The position numbers were made by a program, and so were the translations under genes. 30,599 nucleotides of DNA, taken from IMG/VR virus record IMGVR_UViG_3300028599_000015, positions 1 to 30,599 of that record, one strand, 5' to 3'. Within the stretch, counting starts at the first letter, position 1; each line of letters begins with the position of its first letter. This document shows positions 26,666 to 30,599 of the stretch, in pieces. This DNA is from a virus. Taxonomy: Duplodnaviria > Caudoviricetes. The notes under the pieces are model-generated. The model did not search any database. It had not been told where the DNA came from and saw nothing but the letters and a program-made list of their open reading frames with translations.

Positions 26666-27147
26666 TGCTAGACCCCATAACGGCCATATCAGCCTGTACT
26701 GCCGCCTTCACAATGACCAAGAAATTAGTACAACATGGCAGAGAGATAGAAGACGTTATGGGGCAGCTAGGGGAGTGGTTCGGAGCCGCCTCTGACCTTC
26801 ATAAAGCAGAGCAACAAAGAAAGTCACCTTCAACTATACAGAAGCTAACGTCTGCTGACAGTATAGAAAAGGAAGCCTTCGACATAATTGTCCATAAGAA
26901 AAAGTTAGCGGCCCAACAGAAGGAATTGATGTTCCTTTTAAATATGAGATTTGGCCCTAAAACTTGGGATGAAATGATCAAGCTAAGAAGGCAGATAAGA
27001 AAAGAACGTGAAGAAACTGTCTACAAGGCTATGGAAGCTAAGAAACAGATCGTAAATAACATGGCTATGTTTGCACTGTCCCTTGGTATCCTATTCGTTG
27101 TTTTTGGCGGGGTATATTTAATTGGGGTAGGCACGGGTTCATGGTAA
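26665..27147 (+). CDS. Helical protein with C-terminal TM anchor, 160 aa
   Basis: MLDPITAI N-terminus; C-terminal MAMFALSLGILFVVFGGVYLIGV; TAATG coupling. Confidence 0.65.
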   Translation: MLDPITAISACTAAFTMTKKLVQHGREIEDVMGQLGEWFGAASDLHKAEQQRKSPSTIQKLTSADSIEKEAFDIIVHKKKLAAQQKELMFLLNMRFGPKTWDEMIKLRRQIRKEREETVYKAMEAKKQIVNNMAMFALSLGILFVVFGGVYLIGVGTGSW

Positions 27148-27440
27148 AAGCATTGTGGTTTTGTGTAGCCTTAATTTTCACTGTAGGGGTACTAGAAGCT
27201 AAAGAGCCTAAGATGGTTATCTGTAAGCTGTGGAAACGGGTTAGCATAATGGGAGTTCAACAATGTTGGTATCGTGGACCTAACGGTTCATCTGCTACAT
27301 TCTATCCAACACCTTTGATACCTAAGTATGAGTATGGCGCTGCATACAGGCAATGCCCTCAGAGTTTTGAATGTGTATACGACTTTAAGAAACGTAGACC
27401 TTCTGCACAAGAAATTATAGATGGATTGAAAGGACGATGA
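27141..27440 (+). CDS. Small exported Cys-containing protein, 99 aa
   Basis: Signal-peptide-like N-terminus ending VLEA; four Cys in the mature part. Confidence 0.6.
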   Translation: MVKALWFCVALIFTVGVLEAKEPKMVICKLWKRVSIMGVQQCWYRGPNGSSATFYPTPLIPKYEYGAAYRQCPQSFECVYDFKKRRPSAQEIIDGLKGR

Positions 27441-27641
27441 ATGACACCAGAGAAACTAGACGCATGGCGAATTGCACCAAGGCTACTTATACTAAGTTAC
27501 ATGATTGTGTTCTATCAAACCTGTAACTGGTTTATGGATTTAAGTTCGCCAAACAATGCCCAAGCAGGATTCGTTAGTGTTATAGTTGGCGCAGGGGCAG
27601 CTTGGTTTGGTTTGTATCTTAACGGGGGTAACAAGAAATGA
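27441..27641 (+). CDS. Small two-TM membrane protein (holin-like), 66 aa
   Basis: WRIAPRLL followed by two hydrophobic segments; AAGGA RBS. Confidence 0.6.
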   Translation: MTPEKLDAWRIAPRLLILSYMIVFYQTCNWFMDLSSPNNAQAGFVSVIVGAGAAWFGLYLNGGNKK

Positions 27642-27994
27642 TTGGAGCAATTATTAGCAGTCTCTCAGGGTTAGCTACGAGTATAATTGATGGTAAGACA
27701 CAACTCAAGCTAACTGAGGCAGAGATTAGGAAAAAGCAATTAACTGGCGAAATTGATTGGGACTTAGCGGCAATAAAGGCTACGGAGAACTCTTGGAAAG
27801 ATGAATGGATTACACTCCTATTCTCGGTGCCACTTGTACTTGCGTTCTTACCTTTTGCTTGGGCAGAAGATGTAGTAGCTAATGGTTTTGCAGCCCTTGA
27901 ATCAATGCCTCAATGGTATCAAATTTCCCTTGGTGGGATTGTTAGTGCCAGCATAGGTTTAAGGTCAGTAAGTAAATTCTTCGGCAACAAATAA
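27638..27994 (+). CDS. Holin-like membrane protein, 118 aa
   Basis: SWKDEWITLLFSVPLVLAF and MPQWYQ...IVSASIGLR segments; basic C-terminus; ATGA overlap. Confidence 0.65.
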   Translation: MIGAIISSLSGLATSIIDGKTQLKLTEAEIRKKQLTGEIDWDLAAIKATENSWKDEWITLLFSVPLVLAFLPFAWAEDVVANGFAALESMPQWYQISLGGIVSASIGLRSVSKFFGNK

Positions 27995-28010
27995 ACAAAA
28001 CCTTATATAC

Positions 28011-28058
28011 AAAAAAGTAAAGCCCCTGTATCCTTAGTTGGACGCAGGGGCTTTTTTT
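28011..28058. terminator. Bidirectional rho-independent terminator between convergent operons
   Basis: AAAGCCCCTG..TCC / GGA..CAGGGGCTTT stem with T7 on the right and an A tract on the left. Confidence 0.88.
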
Positions 28059-28233
28059 ATTCTTTACCACATAGTTCTGGATGGTCGTTGTTTATGTGTT
28101 GAAACAGGGCGTACATAGGCACCTTCATAGACAGGTCTGTATCTCTTTCTAGCTTGGAGACCTTACCCGTCAACCACAGTATAAGAAGGGTTTGCAATAC
28201 GACTATGATAGAGATCAGATCAGGTATTTCCAT
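28057..28233 (-). CDS. Small N-terminal TM protein, 58 aa
   Basis: MEIPDLISIIVVLQTLLILWL; GGAGG upstream (alternative TTG start at 28242). Confidence 0.6.
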   Translation of the reverse strand: MEIPDLISIIVVLQTLLILWLTGKVSKLERDTDLSMKVPMYALFQHINNDHPELCGKE

Positions 28234-28238
28234 CAGGG

Positions 28239-28490
28239 TCAATCTACCTCCTGTGTTAGCTGTAGTCGGTCCATGTACCATGCAGCCTTTTCCAAGTCTT
28301 GCAACCCGCTTTTATAACGCCACCTATGTAAGTACTTGGCTATATTCCCACGGAGGTATCCGATCCACTCTTCCTCGGTCAAGAAGTCTTCGATGTAATC
28401 AATACACTCTATATCGCCTGTACCGTAGTGAGGAGGGTGATTAACCATGTCACTGTCAAACTCCGACACCAGTTCCTTCCACTTAGCCAT
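28239..28490 (-). CDS. DUF3310-like protein (T7 gp1.7-related putative nucleotide kinase)
   Basis: DMVNHPPHY...IECIDYI...GNIAKYLHRWRYK.GLQDLEKAAWY; AAGGAG RBS before ATG 28490. Confidence 0.85.
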   Translation of the reverse strand: MAKWKELVSEFDSDMVNHPPHYGTGDIECIDYIEDFLTEEEWIGYLRGNIAKYLHRWRYKSGLQDLEKAAWYMDRLQLTQEVD

Positions 28491-28617
28491 TGTCTTTAAT
28501 CTCCTTAGTTTGCTCTCTAACCTCACGCTGTTGGTTCTCTAGGATAACAAACTGTTGATCAACTTCTGTTAGTTTGTTCTCAGAGGGGTTTAGCTTAATT
28601 ACTACAGGTTCTTTCAT
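28483..28617 (-). CDS. Small hypothetical protein, 44 aa (MKEPVVIKLNPSENK...KDNG)
   Basis: Below the ORF-track cutoff; AAGGAG RBS; TAATG overlap with the upstream gene; exactly fills the gap. Confidence 0.6.
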   Translation of the reverse strand: MKEPVVIKLNPSENKLTEVDQQFVILENQQREVREQTKEIKDNG

Positions 28618-28838
28618 TACAAGTCTCCTTTATCCTTCATGTTAAACGGTAAGCCTACGCACTGACTAAAGAACTTTGCCTTTGGGTCAGGCTTAGTTTC
28701 AAGTAAGTAAAGCATGTTTAACTCCCTTACAGCCTGACACCTTTCTTCTGTCTTGTAAGTTGCATTAGGTGCGCGTACAGAGAAGTGTGGTTCCCCGTCC
28801 TTCATAATACTAAGTACAACTATATACACATAGATCAT
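28617..28838 (-). CDS. Small hypothetical protein, 73 aa
   Basis: AAGGAG RBS and ATGA overlap with the phoH stop; hydrophobic N-terminus; two Cys. Confidence 0.65.
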   Translation of the reverse strand: MIYVYIVVLSIMKDGEPHFSVRAPNATYKTEERCQAVRELNMLYLLETKPDPKAKFFSQCVGLPFNMKDKGDL

Positions 28839-29542
28839 AGCTTCTCCTTCATAAATACCTTTACCCATTGAGCGCAGATATCGCTTCTGATAATGTCTTC
28901 AACACCAAACTCAATGATAGAGACAGGTAGCATATGCTTCTTAGCTAAGTGGATCACCTTAGATAGACCATCTGCTTCCTTTAAGTCTGATTGTTGTACA
29001 TCACCATTAAGGACAATTGTAGAACATTCTCCAACTCTTGTCAACAACATCTTTAACTCATGGGTAGTTATATTCTGTGTTTCGTCAACTATTATAAAAG
29101 CATCATCAAAACTACGACCCCTCATAAGAGACATGGGTGCCATTTCAATGTTACCAGACTTGATACCAGTTTCCACTGTGCCAGCCCCTAGATGTTTCTG
29201 TAGTACATCTAATACAGGTAAAGCCCAAGGTTGAACCTTTTCCTCTAAGGTTCCGGGGAGATACCCCATGTCCTTGCCCACAGAGACCATAGGACGTGTT
29301 ATGACGATCTTGTCTACCTTCTTAGTGGTGTACAGGTCAGCAGCTACGGTGGCAGTAATGTAGGTCTTACCTGTTCCTGCTGGTCCCAGTACAAACACCT
29401 GACTGAACTCTTTAAGTGCATCTATAAACTCCTTCTGTTTGTCTGTCTTAGGAGTGAGGCCAGAAGTTTCCCTCTGACCTGCACCCTTGTATTTAGTCTT
29501 TCTACGTGACCTACTTGGCTTAACTAATTCTGAGTTATCCAA
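28835..29542 (-). CDS. phoH: PhoH-family ATPase
   Basis: GPAGTGKT, ITRP, GYLPG, MRGRSF, DETQN, LTRVG and GDVQQSD motifs. Confidence 0.95.
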   Translation of the reverse strand: MDNSELVKPSRSRRKTKYKGAGQRETSGLTPKTDKQKEFIDALKEFSQVFVLGPAGTGKTYITATVAADLYTTKKVDKIVITRPMVSVGKDMGYLPGTLEEKVQPWALPVLDVLQKHLGAGTVETGIKSGNIEMAPMSLMRGRSFDDAFIIVDETQNITTHELKMLLTRVGECSTIVLNGDVQQSDLKEADGLSKVIHLAKKHMLPVSIIEFGVEDIIRSDICAQWVKVFMKEKL

Positions 29543-30599
29543 TGTCTACCATCTCACATACATCTCCTGTACAGGCCATAGTTTGCATACCTGAAGTGTT
29601 GTCCTCTTGTTCATACTCAGATAGTTTATTCCAATCAATACTTCTAGGCATCTGATCAAGTAGTATATGATAGTCTGTAGCTGCACACTCCTGATATGGT
29701 GCCTGTTGATATGTATGCTCATTGAAGGGCAAGAATGATACACCTGACATTTCATCAAAGTGTTCATACACAAATGCACCTACAGCAAACCACTCCTCTG
29801 ACTTGACGTTAATAGTAACACTAGGCTTATGTTCACACCAATGTCTCTGATACATCAACCACATCTCTAGCTGTTCTAAAGCTGTCGTATCGGCTGTGTG
29901 TACTGCACCCATAGGAGACCGCATAGGAAAGCTAAACACTGTTGTAGCGTCAGGCTTCATTACGTCAGGCTCATTAGGGATACCTTGATCCATCATAAAC
30001 TGTGTTAGCGGGTCTTTGTTGTCTCCTCTTACTGTACGAATATAGTATGGGCTGTGTCTTGCATGAATCCCACTGGCAGAATCCACAACCTGTGAAACCG
30101 TACCTGATGGCTTAACACAAGTTATAGCTGTTGATACTGGGATACCTAACTTATCAGCCCACTCCTTATTTGTTTCTACTGCTACTTCTTTAAGGTGCTG
30201 TAGTGTCTTATCTAGCCCTGCGTTCTTCAGCGTCATTAACGGGTTGTCCATTATCCCCGTGAGTGACACACCGAGCAATCGTTCTTCTGAGGTATTGTCA
30301 GTCCACATTTTACGCAAGTACGGAAAGTGGGTGTAGGTTGACTGAATGGTTCCAAGTATAGTTGCAAGACGGACTTTTCTTGTAAGGTCTTCCAGAGTGT
30401 CGTTAGCACGTATGACAACTTCCGTAAGATTACAGAACTGATTCGGTCGAAGTATGATCTCCGAACATGGGTTGGTTCCGAACTCGTAGTCTGCATTTCG
30501 TCTGCCATTCTTAGCCGCCTGTTTCTTCGATGCTTCACGATTAAATACACCTCGCTCACCTGATCCACTCTCCATTAGAGACACCCACTCACGCATGAA
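29535..30599 (-). CDS. nrdJ: Class II (adenosylcobalamin-dependent) ribonucleotide reductase, C-terminal part (partial)
   Basis: TNPCSEI, FCNLTEV, TCVKPSGTVS, EHKPSVT and a C-terminal redox pair ACTGDVC; frame open to the window edge. Confidence 0.9.
   Translation of the reverse strand, partial: FMREWVSLMESGSGERGVFNREASKKQAAKNGRRNADYEFGTNPCSEIILRPNQFCNLTEVVIRANDTLEDLTRKVRLATILGTIQSTYTHFPYLRKMWTDNTSEERLLGVSLTGIMDNPLMTLKNAGLDKTLQHLKEVAVETNKEWADKLGIPVSTAITCVKPSGTVSQVVDSASGIHARHSPYYIRTVRGDNKDPLTQFMMDQGIPNEPDVMKPDATTVFSFPMRSPMGAVHTADTTALEQLEMWLMYQRHWCEHKPSVTINVKSEEWFAVGAFVYEHFDEMSGVSFLPFNEHTYQQAPYQECAATDYHILLDQMPRSIDWNKLSEYEQEDNTSGMQTMACTGDVCEMVDIG

Noticed and set aside
2377-27247. Numerous minus-strand ORFs of 60-139 aa opposite structural genes, and nested + frame ORFs (4219, 10864, 25359)
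   Set aside because: Shadow frames of well-supported genes, with no RBS or recognisable motifs
28154-30568. + strand ORFs 28154-28444 and 28893-29234 and nested minus ORFs 29546-29779 and 30251-30568
   Set aside because: Shadow or alternative frames of the DUF3310-like gene, phoH and nrdJ

Overview
This window is about 30.6 kb of a tailed dsDNA phage with a long non-contractile tail (siphovirus layout). The host is most plausibly a marine alphaproteobacterium; this is inferred from a dense cluster of GANTC/YGATTCG sites and a monomeric class II RNR plus PhoH. Positions 1-1519 hold small + strand early-type genes, including a Cys-rich 256-aa protein. About 0.9 kb of motif-rich non-coding DNA follows (1520-2440). 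A continuous + strand morphogenesis operon then encodes terminase, portal, a five-gene fibre-like cassette, an XkdF-type protease, scaffold, decoration protein, major capsid, neck, tail tube, frameshifted tail chaperones, tape measure, tail tip with an embedded GNAT, fibre and an expanded lysis region. A bidirectional terminator at about 28020-28058 separates this from the convergent - strand end of a nucleotide-metabolism operon (DUF3310-like, PhoH, partial NrdJ). The most notable observations are (i) a CcrM/GcrA-type methylation-site array next to the packaging genes, (ii) a 'beads-on-a-rope' fibre cassette between portal and protease, (iii) a maturation protease whose last conserved strand is encoded at the N-terminus of the scaffold gene and which carries passenger domains, and (iv) related structured RNA elements after the capsid and tail-tube genes. 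All family calls come from motif recognition by eye; no database searches were run.
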